The notes under the pieces: generated by a model
What the model saw: the letters and a program-made list of their open reading frames with translations, nothing else
Told to the model about the DNA's origin: nothing
The model's database searches: none
Shown: piece by piece, positions 41,293 through 52,350 of the stretch
Numbering within the stretch: position 1 is the stretch's first letter
Layout of the letters: every line of letters begins with the position of its first letter
Assembly (NCBI RefSeq): GCF_006345805.1
Contig: NW_021832138.1
Coordinates: 1-62,163, forward strand
Origin: Octopus sinensis
Taxonomy: Eukaryota
Direction of reading: 5' to 3'
Length of the DNA stretch: 62,163 bases
Made by a program: the position numbers and the translations under genes

Positions 41293-41677
41293 TCCTTTCT
41301 ACTATAGGCACAAAGCCTAAAATTTGGGGTGAGGGAACTAGTCAATTATATAGACCCCAGTGTTTTACTAGTATTTAATTTATCGACCCTGAAAGGATGA
41401 AAGAGTAAAGTCGACCTCGGCGGAACTTGATCTCAGAGCGTAGCGACGGGTCAAATACTTCTTTCTTTATTGCCCACAAGGGGCTAAACATAGAGGGGAC
41501 AAACAAAGGAATTAAGTCGATTACATCGATCCCAGTGCGTAAGTGGTACTTAATTTATCCCGAAAGGATGAAAGGCAAAGTCGACCTCGGCGGAATTTGA
41601 ACTCAGAACGTAACAGCAGGCGAAATACCGCTGAGCATTTCAGCCGGCGTGCTAACGATTCTGTCAGCTCACCACCC
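41293..41677 (-). mobile_element. SINE family B dimer
   Basis: Third example of the short-tail plus long-tail dimer, junction near 41455-41465. Confidence 0.82.
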
Positions 41678-41752
41678 CTAATGATGATGATGATGATAAT
41701 AGTGATGAAGATGATGATGATGATAACAACAACAACAACAATAATAATAATG

Positions 41753-41801
<49 letters not shown>

Positions 41802-41875
41802 GCTGCTCTGACCTGTCAGCAGCTGAAGACACAGAAACACTAATACAACTCAGCAGGACAACTGAATGGAATGGA

Positions 41876-43030
41876 ATATCTACAGTTTCCTGTGAGTATT
41901 TTTAATTTCCCTCAGAATAATTTAAGGAACTTACATATCTACAGCTTTCGAACACATAAACGATCAGCTTTAAAACATTTAATATCAACAACTCCTGTGA
42001 ATACCTATCCTTTCCTTCTCCCCTGAGTATTCGAAAATGTAAGGATTATCTTTATTCCAAGAACACTACAGTTTTCTCTGTTCGGACAGAGAAAAAAATC
42101 ATCTTCAGTAAATTTTAAAACCTTAATATAAACAATTTTCTCAGAAAAAATGTTATCCTCCTTTTCTTTCCGTTCCTTTTTTCCCCTGAATATTCGAAAA
42201 TGTAAACATCCTTTTTATTGCAAAAAACGCCACAGTCTTCTCTGAACGGACATACAAATGAACACCTCAAAAATTTTGAAACTATAATATCTCCAATTTT
42301 GTGTGAATATTATATCTTTCCTTCCCTTACTAACAGAATATGTAAATATGCCCTTTATTGTAACAAAACAATTAAATGCACAAAAAGAAATTAAGGAAGC
42401 ACTTACCAATATATACATACTGTACAAATACAAAAACTGTAAAACTTTTAGAAAGAAAAGAAAAATTCCAAAAGAAAAAGAAAAAGAAATTCAGAAATTC
42501 AAAAGTCCATCAAGGTGAACATCTCTTCCTCCTGCTATTTACATAGACTGGAGTATCTACAATTTCCTGTGAATATTTTAAATCTTCACCAAAATAAAAT
42601 AAGCGAAAAAACTTACACACCTACAGTTTTCGAACATACAAACGATCAGCTTTAAAAAAAACCTTTAATATCTACAACTACTGTGAACACCTATCCTTTC
42701 CTTTCTCCCTGAGTATTCGAAAATGTAAACATAATCCACCTTTTTATTCTAAGAACACTACCATTTTCGCTGTGCATTCATTCAAAAGACCATATTTAGT
42801 AAATCTTAAAATTTTGCTATCTACAACTCGTTTTCGTTTCTTTGTGACTCTCCCTGAGTATTCGAAAACGTAAACATTGCAAAAGTACTGCTGTATTCTC
42901 CAACTGGACAGCAAAACGAACATCTCAAGAAAACTCTAAAACTTTAATATATTACCCAAATACGTAAACACACCTTTTATTGCAACAACACAATTGAATT
43001 CAGAAATTCAAAGATTCAACGACGTGAATA
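41876..43030. repeat. Degenerate higher-order tandem repeat (about 680-bp unit built of about 150-bp subunits)
   Basis: ccctga(g/a)tattcgaaaa(t/c)gtaa at 42021, 42184, 42707 and 42852; region 41876-42100 realigns with 42555-42790. Confidence 0.8.
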
Positions 43031-43102
43031 TCAGTATATATATATTATTGTTTTTTCTACCAGTAATTACAAATAGAACAGGTTGAATTGCTTCTTTTCC
43101 AG

Positions 43103-44462
43103 GCCAAAAGAGCGCTCTCAGTGGTCACTGATAGTAGTAAACATATTTGACCTCTGCTGACCCAAAGGGTGCGAAGATTCTTTTGTCTCGATGGCTGACC
43201 TCCCCACTATCTGCCGAATCTATTTATAGACCTGTAGAATATGATCTTTTCACCAAGCTGCTACGCAACTACTTCCTTCAACAACCATATTTTTATGATT
43301 ATCTCAAGTACAAGACAAAAGTTGAAAATAAAGAACATTTAGTAAAATCTTTTAATGATAAATGTAAAAAGTAATTTTGATAATAACAATGGTAGTGGTG
43401 GTGATGGTGATTATGACAAAAATAAAAATAATAATATGCTGCAACTGCTAATACAACAACTACTACTATTATGATAACACAGGAAGCTGAGGCCCAACTA
43501 CCACCCTTAGTACTACCCCACCCCTGCTACTCTTGCTGTTCCTGCCACTACTGCTGTTACTATACATAAAAACAACAATATCAGTGATATCACTGACGAT
43601 AATAATAATAAAGAAAGGAAACGGGTGGAGCCTCCTATGGACTGATTAATGATACATCTAGTGATGGTGTCATAATAAAAACACTGGTAATTGTGCAACC
43701 TGATAATCGCAGCCTCATATGAGTGACAATGAAAAAACAAAATATTGTGAATAGCGGTGGGAATGAAACCGAAGCCAATGATGGTGACAGTGTTGCACCC
43801 GAAAGGCTCCCAACATCAACAACAACACAAATGAGGAGCAGAATGAAAACAACAGCTCAACATGTAAGCATATTCTTTCTAGCCGTAGTTACAGAAGAAA
43901 CCATAACTACAAAACTCATTTTTTCTTGGAGTTACGAATTGAATACTGGTCTATTTACCTGCTACAGAAACTTGAAACAAATCTCGCTGCTGGCTATAGA
44001 AATCGACTGGAATTATATTGGGACAATCTGCATTCAGAACTAAATCATTTTACTGTGAAACATTTACGCCAACAAGCAGAATTTGTGGAATTTAGGAAGA
44101 AAGTTAGTGAAAGTAACTTCATTAAAAAAAGATCTGAAAATAACGTTCTCCCCAACACTATAAACGAAAACAAAAACGTGAATGGTGTGAGAACACAGCG
44201 TGGTTTCGTAGTCAGCGACATTCCAACAGATTCTATACTGCGTTCCAACGAAACCCTGTTACTGGCTAAAGTAACTGACCACTGTCCCCCTACCACGACT
44301 ATGGTAAATAGCAGGCACAACTGCAACGATTATTGTAGTAGTAGTAGTAGTAGTAGTAGTCGTCGTCGTAGTAGTAGTAGTAAGGATTATTTATCGGTGA
44401 AATATGCCGTTATTGAAAATTTTCGAGAAAAAATAACTTTGGCTTTGAAGTACTCACCCTAG
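43103..44462 (+). pseudogene. Unidentified frameshifted protein-coding relic
   Basis: Protein-like segments in alternating frames after the acceptor-like cttcttttccag (ends 43102): ORF 43147-43374, N/T/D-rich linkers, then a long open frame. Family not recognised. Confidence 0.45.
43788..44462 (+). CDS. 225-codon open frame (no ATG start), product unknown
   Basis: The frame of track ORF 43926-44462 stays open upstream to the TGA at 43785-43787 (QCCTRKAPNINNN...KTHFFLELRIEYWSIYLLQKLETNL...). That is long for AT-rich DNA and mostly non-repetitive. Confidence 0.4.
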   Translation, partial: QCCTRKAPNINNNTNEEQNENNSSTCKHILSSRSYRRNHNYKTHFFLELRIEYWSIYLLQKLETNLAAGYRNRLELYWDNLHSELNHFTVKHLRQQAEFVEFRKKVSESNFIKKRSENNVLPNTINENKNVNGVRTQRGFVVSDIPTDSILRSNETLLLAKVTDHCPPTTTMVNSRHNCNDYCSSSSSSSSRRRSSSSKDYLSVKYAVIENFREKITLALKYSP

Positions 44463-44619
44463 GAGAGAGTATTCTCTACCAAAGTAAGTAAAATTTCACC
44501 AGATACGGTATTAAAAGATATTAGCGAAATTGGAGAGGAGTATATACAGCAGTGTAATGAAACCGCATTCTGGCAGATTGGTGCCTATCTATATGCTCTG
44601 TCTATTACTGGAAAGCAGT

Positions 44620-45198
44620 ACATGAACGACCTTCAAGAAATGGCTGATGACGGCGTTACCGTATTGAAAGACTGGCCAGCTCAGAGCCCTGACTTAAATA
44701 TCATCGGGCAAATGTGGGCAAAACTAAAGAGAAGAGTTTGTCAGAAGAATCCACGCAATCTTGAAATGTTGTGGGAGCTCAGCCACAGAGAAAGGCTTCT
44801 CATACCTGTGAAGATGGTGATGGATTTGTACGCATCTCTTCCCATGCGCATTGAAGCAAATTATTCAAGCTAAGGGAAACCACATGAAATGTTAACAATG
44901 TACAATAACTTCTTGAAATGAACATTATGTAATAAATTTTCATTATAGGCATTTTCTCGTTTAAAACACTGAATGTTGATTGGTTTATGTGAGGTGTCCG
45001 AAAACATTTGCACGGCCAATTTTGGTGGTCGTCTCGCATCTTCTCCTCTCATTCAGAATCCCTACAACAAAATATAAAGATTAGATATGGAAATAACCCC
45101 AACAAGGCCAATGTTTCATTTGTGAAAAACGCAATTAGTTGGCAATTAGTAGAAATTTACAATAGTCTAAAATGGACGAAGACTTTTGCACGGTACTG
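44620..45198 (+). pseudogene. Tc1-family transposase C-terminal remnant with right TIR
   Basis: VLKDWPAQSPDLNIIGQMWAKLKRRV...LYASLPMRIEA. TIR-like gacttttgcacggtactg followed by TA at 45181-45200. Confidence 0.88.
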
Positions 45199-45959
45199 TA
45201 TTCTACCAAAATTCATATAAACACTCTTCCAGTACTGGTACATTCAATCTTCCAATAATGGTATCTTCATTCTGTCAAAACTGGTAGGCTGAATATACCA
45301 ACACTCATATGCGGATTTAGTGAGCTATCTCTTTCCGTTTGTACCTCTTCATTATGTCCGATCTATTTTCCATCAATTGAAGAACTATCATCGAATATCT
45401 CAATATTATGTATTAATCAAACATTCTTTACTGATGTTCAGTCGAGTTAATTTGTTGTCGAAAACCTTCACTCAAATATCCTTCAATTTGATCTTTCACG
45501 GCCTTTCACTTCACCTCACCCTCAAAACCTAGATATAGACATATTCACCATCTTGGATAAGTGCCTTCTACCTTTAGCCCCGGCCCGACCAATGCCTTGT
45601 GAGCAGAGATGGAAACTGAAACAAGCCCGTCGTATACCTACCAATCTAGCTAGCTAGCTAGCTACCTACCTACCTACCTACTACATACATTTGTTCATAC
45701 ATCCGTACATACATACAAACTGAGTTAAAGAATTACACCTGTAATTATCATGGTACTATTATATGCAACACACTGCCTAAGCACCAATCATGAGAAATTA
45801 GTCCTCTCAGAACCAGAAAGGGGAAATCTACATAGATTACGGATTCAAGCCATCAACAAAACTGTCAAAATTAAAGAAGTAAAGGAGAAAAAATAAAATA
45901 GACATTATTTCATTATAAAATAGATGCAGTCGTGGCCGTGTGGTAAGAAGCTTGCTTCC

Positions 45960-46903
45960 GGTTGAACTGAGAGGACGCCTCGGTCTGAGCTCCGTCCTAA
46001 AAAGAAAAAAAGAACAAAAACCGGGTTCTTCACGCACCTGTTAAAAGTCGTCACGCTGGTATGCAGCTGGCGAAAGTTGAACTGAAAAACGCTGTAAGGT
46101 AAGACTTTTTGCTTTCTGAGTCCGGTAGGATTTGTTGCCTGTTAGTTTTATTTTTTTTGAACAGGCAGGGAGTCCTTACTGCATTCGAAGCTTTTTGTCT
46201 GCCTTGCGGTGGAGACGTGTGTGTTGTCTCACATAATTGTGAGAAATTGTATTGTGTCCACGTAAATTAAAAGAATTGGCCAGGAGTACCTTTCGGCCGA
46301 AAATTTATTTCTTTGCCTGGATTTGAACTCTCTTTTCACAGCTATCATTTATTAAAAAAAAAAAAAGAACTTTATTTGAACTGTTATTTTTATTTTTTCT
46401 TCCCTTCTGTTGTATCTTCTTTCTTTTTTTGTGTATCTTTCTTTATTTGAAAACGTATTGACGAACTATATTTGAACTTTTTATTTAAAAAAAAATGGCA
46501 AAGGAAATATTAGTGTGGGAATTAACACCTCCCAAATCATGGCTAAAAGAGCCCGAAAGGAAGACGGTGGTGTTGAGGACTTATTCAAAATTGCTCGATA
46601 CCATAACCGTCTTACCGAAAGCCACAATTTTGAAAGAGCTGGCAGAATACATGCCAGCTATTAAATTTATTTCACGGGGAGTCAAATTTGCAACGGTCTT
46701 GTTGCTATTTGACTCCCCCAAAGAAGCTTGCGATTTTGCAAGAAAAAAAGAACAATGTTTTAGAGAAGCGAAAGTCGGCGGGCGCTTTTCGTCTTCTCCC
46801 ATCCTTATCATCCATATATCATCATCATTCATCCCATTAATGTCTCTGTCTAGCCTTCAAGCTTCTCTCTGTGTGCTGCCCTTGTGGCAAATTTAATGAA
46901 ATA
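45960..46903 (+). mobile_element. Short non-autonomous L1/Tx1-like retroelement (5' leader, ORF1-like N-terminus, 3' end)
   Basis: Exact 15-bp TSD aagaagcttgcttcc (45945-45959 and 46904-46918). Ends in aatgaaata(aa). Contains ORF 46495-46896. The clade call rests on TSD length, the AATAAA end and an RRM-like ORF1 pattern (inference). Confidence 0.7.
46495..46896 (+). CDS. 133-aa ORF; the first ~88 aa resemble an RRM-like LINE ORF1 N-terminus
   Basis: ATG preceded by an A-run; RKTVVLRTY...IKFISRGVKFATVLLLFDSPKEA. The distal ~45 codons read through pyrimidine-rich UTR-like sequence. Confidence 0.5.
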   Translation: MAKEILVWELTPPKSWLKEPERKTVVLRTYSKLLDTITVLPKATILKELAEYMPAIKFISRGVKFATVLLLFDSPKEACDFARKKEQCFREAKVGGRFSSSPILIIHISSSFIPLMSLSSLQASLCVLPLWQI

Positions 46904-47738
46904 AAGAAGCTTGCTTCCTAACCACATGGTTCCGGGTTCAGTCCCACTGCGTGGCACATTGGGCAAGTGTCTTATACTGTAGCCTCGAGCGGATCAAAGC
47001 CTTGTGAGTGGATGTGGTTAGCGGAAATTGAAAGAAGCCCGTCGATGTTTGTCGGAAACTGAAAGAAGCCCGCCTGTGTTTGTTCGCCCGCCGTCGCGTG
47101 ACAACTGTTGTTAGTGTGTTTACGTCTCCGAAACTTAAAGACCGATAAAATAAGTACTAGGCTTACAAAGAATAAGTCCTGGAGCCGATTTCTTCGACTT
47201 AAACACTTTAAGGTGGTGCTCCAGCATGGCCGCAGTGAAATGACTGAAACAAGAAAAAGAATTTAAAAAAATAAAAGAATAATAGCTAGTTGACTCGTCC
47301 AGCTGAACGAATGCTGTGTAATGTACAATCATCTTGACTTGCTCTAATTTGACCAGATGACCATATATTTAAGCGTAGAGTACCATCGTCAGTTGATCAG
47401 TCCAGTTGTCAAAGGCTTAAATCAAATGGCTATACAACCACGAGACTAAATGTCAACGAACGCTGAGGAACAATCCCGTTCTATCTTTCGCATCAAAACA
47501 GGAACATTACAAAAGCAAAAGTTTTTTTCTTTCTTTTCTGTCTTGGCAACAATAACAATAACAATAACAATAACAGCAACAAGATTGAATAAATAAATAT
47601 AAATGAATAAATATCTATTGCAGTTAGTGATCTGGTTAATTCTATCTTGTTTGAAACTCTGGTACACATCTTGCAATTCAATTCTCTTTACAGGATAGAA
47701 TTCTCATTTGACACTAAATTACGTCCATTCAAGTTAAC

Positions 47739-47785
<47 letters not shown>

Positions 47786-47869
47786 GAGAGAAGCAGACGA
47801 CATTAAGGAAATATAGCTTACGTGTTGTTTGGTTGTTTTTGTTTCTCATGTTGTTGTTTACATGACTTC

Positions 47870-47875
47870 TCCTTC

Positions 47876-47909
<34 letters not shown>

Positions 47910-48335
47910 AACCACCACCACCACCACCTCCTTCCCCTCCTCCTCTATTCCCCCTTGTTGTTTTTCTTCTTCTTCTCCCCTTCCTTATTTTTGTTGTTTT
48001 TTTTTTTCTTCTTTTTCTTCTTCCTTTTTTTTTTTTTTTTTTTCTTTTCGTTTTTCCTGTGTCCTCCTCCTATCTTTTCGTCTTTTTTTTCTCGTCTTCT
48101 TCTTCTTTTTTTTCTTTTTCTTCTTCTTCTTTTTGTTTGTTTCTTTGTTTTTTTTTTTCTTTCTCCTCTTTTCTTCTTTTTTTGTTCTGTTTGTTTTCTT
48201 CTTCTTTCTTTCAGTCTGCTTCTTCTTTTCTTCTTCTTATTTTTTTTTTCTTTTTTTTTTTTTTCTCTTCTTCTTCTTCTTCTTCTTCTTCTTCTTCTTC
48301 TTCTTCTCCTTCTTCTTCTTCTCAACCTTCCTCGC
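47870..48335. repeat. Polypyrimidine (CTT/T)n tract
   Basis: Source of the poly-F/L/S and poly-K/R ORFs. Confidence 0.95.
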
Positions 48336-48882
48336 CATCCTCTTCCAACCACTTCTGCTTTTTCCGGTTGCAACAACTTTCCAATCAAAATATAATTATA
48401 CTAATTAGATTCTCACTTGATAATAATATTGGCAAAAAGAAAAAAGAAAGGAGAATACAAAAAAAAAGTAATAAAAACAAAAATCAATTCATTCTATCTT
48501 CTAGCAATCATTCTCTCTCTCTCCTCCTCCTGCACCCTTTCTCTCCTTTCTCTAAACGTTGTATGGTGTTGTCGGCGCTGTTGTTGTTGCCGTTGTTAGT
48601 GACGGAGATGATCATGGCAAGTAGTAGTGGTAGTAGTAGTAGTAGTAGTATAGTAGTAGTAGTAGTAGTAGTAGTGGTAGTAGTAGTAGTATGATGATGA
48701 TAGTGATGATGATGATGATGATGAGGAGGAGGAGGAGGAGGAGAGTAAGCACATCTGGGCTTCGTTCTTCAATCAAACACATCGTTGAAGAATGTCACAC
48801 CGTTGCAGCATCACAAGAGAATATTGTGATAAAGCTCCCTCCCTTCTCTCTCACTCTCCCCATCTCAGCCTCTGTCTCTACT

Positions 48883-48922
<40 letters not shown>

Positions 48923-49319
48923 TAATCCTCTCTCACTTTTCTTTTTATTCGGATCGGAAATACTCCTACCATCACGCCACGCGCCCTATTCCACACCAGA
49001 AGCCACCACAAACAGCGCAGGCCAACAGCACAACGACAGATGGCACGTTGGGTGTCTCTGTGGTGTTTGTAGGAATGCATGTGTGCTAGTGGTTGTAGTG
49101 GTCGTGATAATGGTGACGTTGATGGATGGTTGGTGGTCGTGGTGAAGCACGAGTCACTTTAGCAATGGTCACACACACACACACACACACACATACACAC
49201 ACACGTACACACACACACACACACTCATACGTGCGCGTAAATACACATATATGGATGTGTGTAAGTTTGTGTGTAAACATTTTATGTGTGTGAATATACA
49301 TGTATATAGAAACGGATAT

Positions 49320-49553
49320 ATATTTTTCTTTATTGCCCACAAGGGGCTAAACATAGAGAGGACAAACAAGGACAGACAAAGGGATTAAGTCGATTACATC
49401 GACCCCAGTGCGAAACTGGTACTTTATTTATCGACCCCGAAAGGATGAAAGGCAAAGTCGACCTCGGCGGAATTTGAACTCAGAACGTAACGACAGACGA
49501 AATACCGCTAAGCATTTCGCCCGGCGCGCTAACGAGTCTGTCAGCACGCCGCC
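49320..49553 (-). mobile_element. SINE family B (long-tail variant), near consensus
   Basis: ttctttattgcccacaaggggctaaac...gaaataccgctaagcatttcgcccggcgcgctaacg. Confidence 0.9.
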
Positions 49554-49578
49554 TTATATATACAAACGGATATATATA

Positions 49579-50232
49579 CGAATGAAATTAAAAAATCGTC
49601 CGCACTTACGCCATAGCATATCTTTATTATTGTCACACTGCCCTCTATGAATGTGTTCTTGTAGTTGCTACTATTGTAGTCACGTGATCGAAGTTTGAAC
49701 CTGATCGCGCCATTTTTTTTACAGTATATGCTCCGCTAGCAATGTGCACCAAAAATGAAAAAATAAAATGCGCAGTGATCCAAGAGATGGTAATGGTGAA
49801 ACCGGTTCACCATTACCATCTCTCGCGCTTGCTGAATCTTCTTGTCAGTGGTGGCGGTTGACGGGCATCCTGCTCCTTCTTCGTACGTGACGCTTGTCCA
49901 GCCACTTTTAAACTTCTCGATTCACTCATACACAATTTTATGCGGTAGAGCACTGTCCCCGTATTGTGCTAAAAGCCTCCGATGAATTTCAGCACCTGAC
50001 ACACCTTCCAGTCAGAGAAATCGGATCACTGCCCTTTGTTCTTCTTTGGTGCCCATTGCTAGTGAAGTGGCCATGCTTACACTGTAAAGCCAGAAAGAAA
50101 AACGGCGCGATCAGGCTCGAACTTCGAGTGACCACAATAGTGCCTACTGTAAGCACGCACGCGCAGATGGCCGTGTGACAACAATAAAGATATGTTATGG
50201 CGGAAGTGCGGATAATTTTTGACTTCCCCTCG
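49579..50232. mobile_element. Fold-back mariner derivative made of two 5' ends
   Basis: TA-flanked. Both arms carry the same terminal about 200 bp. The right arm (minus) encodes MATSLAMGTKEEQRAVIRFL*LEGVSGAEIHRRLLAQYGDSAL...KFKSG.TSV..EEG.G.PST. Perfect 18-bp hairpin at the junction. Confidence 0.88.
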
Positions 50233-50288
<56 letters not shown>

Positions 50289-50668
50289 CATTTAGATAAT
50301 AAGGATGAAAAATTGAATTGGCCTAGCATTTTGAAAAATCTGAAGATTCAGAAAAATTATATTACATACATATAAAAGGGATAACCACTAAGTGGGCATC
50401 CATTATGCTAGAGGTAAACCCCATATGGTCTGACCACTAAGAAAAGATTGTTCCCAAGAAAATTCAGTAAAAGCCAGAACTTAAGCGAGCAAGACAAACG
50501 AAAAGATACAAAATATAAAGATTAATCACAAACTCACGCCCATAATACATAGGCATTTGAATAAAGATTTTACAATCCAGTCGACCTTTCAGACGGAATT
50601 TTGTCTGTCTGTAAACCAAAGCTCTGAAAAGACTTATATGAGTGGATAGGCATTGTCTATAAATCAAA

Positions 50669-51064
50669 TCTTTATATATAAAAGTAAGGTTGTGTGTCTG
50701 TCTCCTACGATTTAGATTCCTAACTACTCCCACATTTTGCGGTGCAGTTTAACCAAAACCGGGTATCTTATAGTCGTGATTCATATCGAGCCCTTCTGGG
50801 TATTAGCGCGCGTCTACGATGAGTCTACGATTAAAAAAAAAATTACCATCATTTTTTTTCCATTTTAATGCATTTTTTCGCTATTATATAAGGGAAGTAA
50901 CTCTCTAAAAATGTCTACGATGAGTCAACGATTTAAAAAAAAATTACCATCATTTTTTTTCCATTTTTAATGCATTTTTTGCTATTGTTTGGCTATAACT
51001 CTCTAAAAGTGCTTATATAGTTATTTCCCTTACAAACCCGAGCAACGCCGGGCGATACTGCTAG
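50669..51064 (+). mobile_element. Non-autonomous Helitron with an internal ~100-bp duplication
   Basis: TC start, CTAG end followed by T, hairpin cccgagcaacgccggg 8 nt before CTAG. The block aaaattaccatcattttttt..ccatttt..taactctctaaaa occurs twice. Confidence 0.88.
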
Positions 51065-51428
51065 TAATGTATATAAATCGAAACAAATTGCTGGTTATGT
51101 TGGTTTTTAATGTTATCACATATTATAGTCATAGTATATTATGTTATATCATAATATAAATAAATCACTGGATTGTCAATTGAATCTCTCTGTTTGATTT
51201 CTTGTTTGTCATTAGCATTATACCCATACTAACGTGACATTCAACTGACGTACCAGTGAATTGGATGTTTTACACTCCCCTTTGGAGGAATCCCTTTCCT
51301 TAGTTTGTTACTACATATATATACATATATATATATGCGTGTGTGTGTGTGTACGTATGTATGTATATATCTATCTCTCCTCTTTATCTCTCTGTATATA
51401 TATCTGTATGCATACATACATGTGTATG

Positions 51429-51475
<47 letters not shown>

Positions 51476-51547
51476 CGTGATGCATATATGTTTAGCGGTA
51501 ACATATACTGTTTATAACTGTTTATAACTCGCTCTGAGATTTATCAT

Positions 51548-51605
<58 letters not shown>

Positions 51606-51635
51606 ATATCTATATATATATATATATATATCTAT

Positions 51636-51669
<34 letters not shown>

Positions 51670-51692
51670 GATATAGATATATATATATATAT

Positions 51693-51761
<69 letters not shown>

Positions 51762-51950
51762 AGAAAGAAATGAGTAGAGGTTCACTGCAGCTGTTCTAGA
51801 CGCTGTAATAAACCGATTACTTAATAAAAAAAAAAACTAGCGAATACTGAGGTGAATTAAAAACTTAAAATTTAAATTTGAAAATTTGCTTAAGAGAAAA
51901 AAGATATAGAATGTGTGTTGACTCTCTTATTTTGGTACCAAGACAGACAG

Positions 51951-51984
<34 letters not shown>

Positions 51985-52034
51985 TGCGTGGTACTTCTGC
52001 TATAGCCACGGGCCGACCAAAAACTTGCGAGTGG

Positions 52035-52088
<54 letters not shown>

Positions 52089-52101
52089 ATCTATCTATCT
52101 A

Positions 52102-52140
<39 letters not shown>

Positions 52141-52350
52141 CTCTATATGTGTGTGTGTGTCTGTGTTTGTCCCCGAACATCATCTGACATTTGATGTTGG
52201 TGTCTTTACATGCCCGTAACTTAGCGGTTTGGCAAAGGAAACTGCTAAAATAAGTACTAGGCTTACAAAGAATAAGTTGTGGGGTCGATTTTTTCGACTA
52301 AAGGTGGTGCTCCAACATGGTCACAGACAAATGACTGAAACAAGTAAAAA
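51985..52350 (+). mobile_element. SINE family A, 5'-truncated
   Basis: ctatagccacgggccgaccaaaaacttgcgagtggat, then (CTAT)n, then gtccccgaacatc...gactgaaacaagtaaaa. Confidence 0.8.

Larger units (their letters stand above)
45925..47270 (+). mobile_element. SINE family A split by a 944-bp insertion
   Basis: Head gcagtcgtggccgtgtggtaagaagcttgcttcc (45926-45959) resumes at 46904 as aagaagcttgcttcctaaccacatggttccgggttcagtccc. Confidence 0.9.

Noticed and set aside
48735-48800. SIKHIVEECH, resembling a LINE zinc-knuckle motif
   Set aside because: The upstream cysteines and any flanking RT similarity are missing.
2804-49553. CRISPR-like recurrence of gaaaggatgaaaggcaaagtcgacctcggcggaatttgaactcagaacg
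   Set aside because: These are dispersed SINE copies with irregular spacing in a eukaryotic context, with no cas genes.
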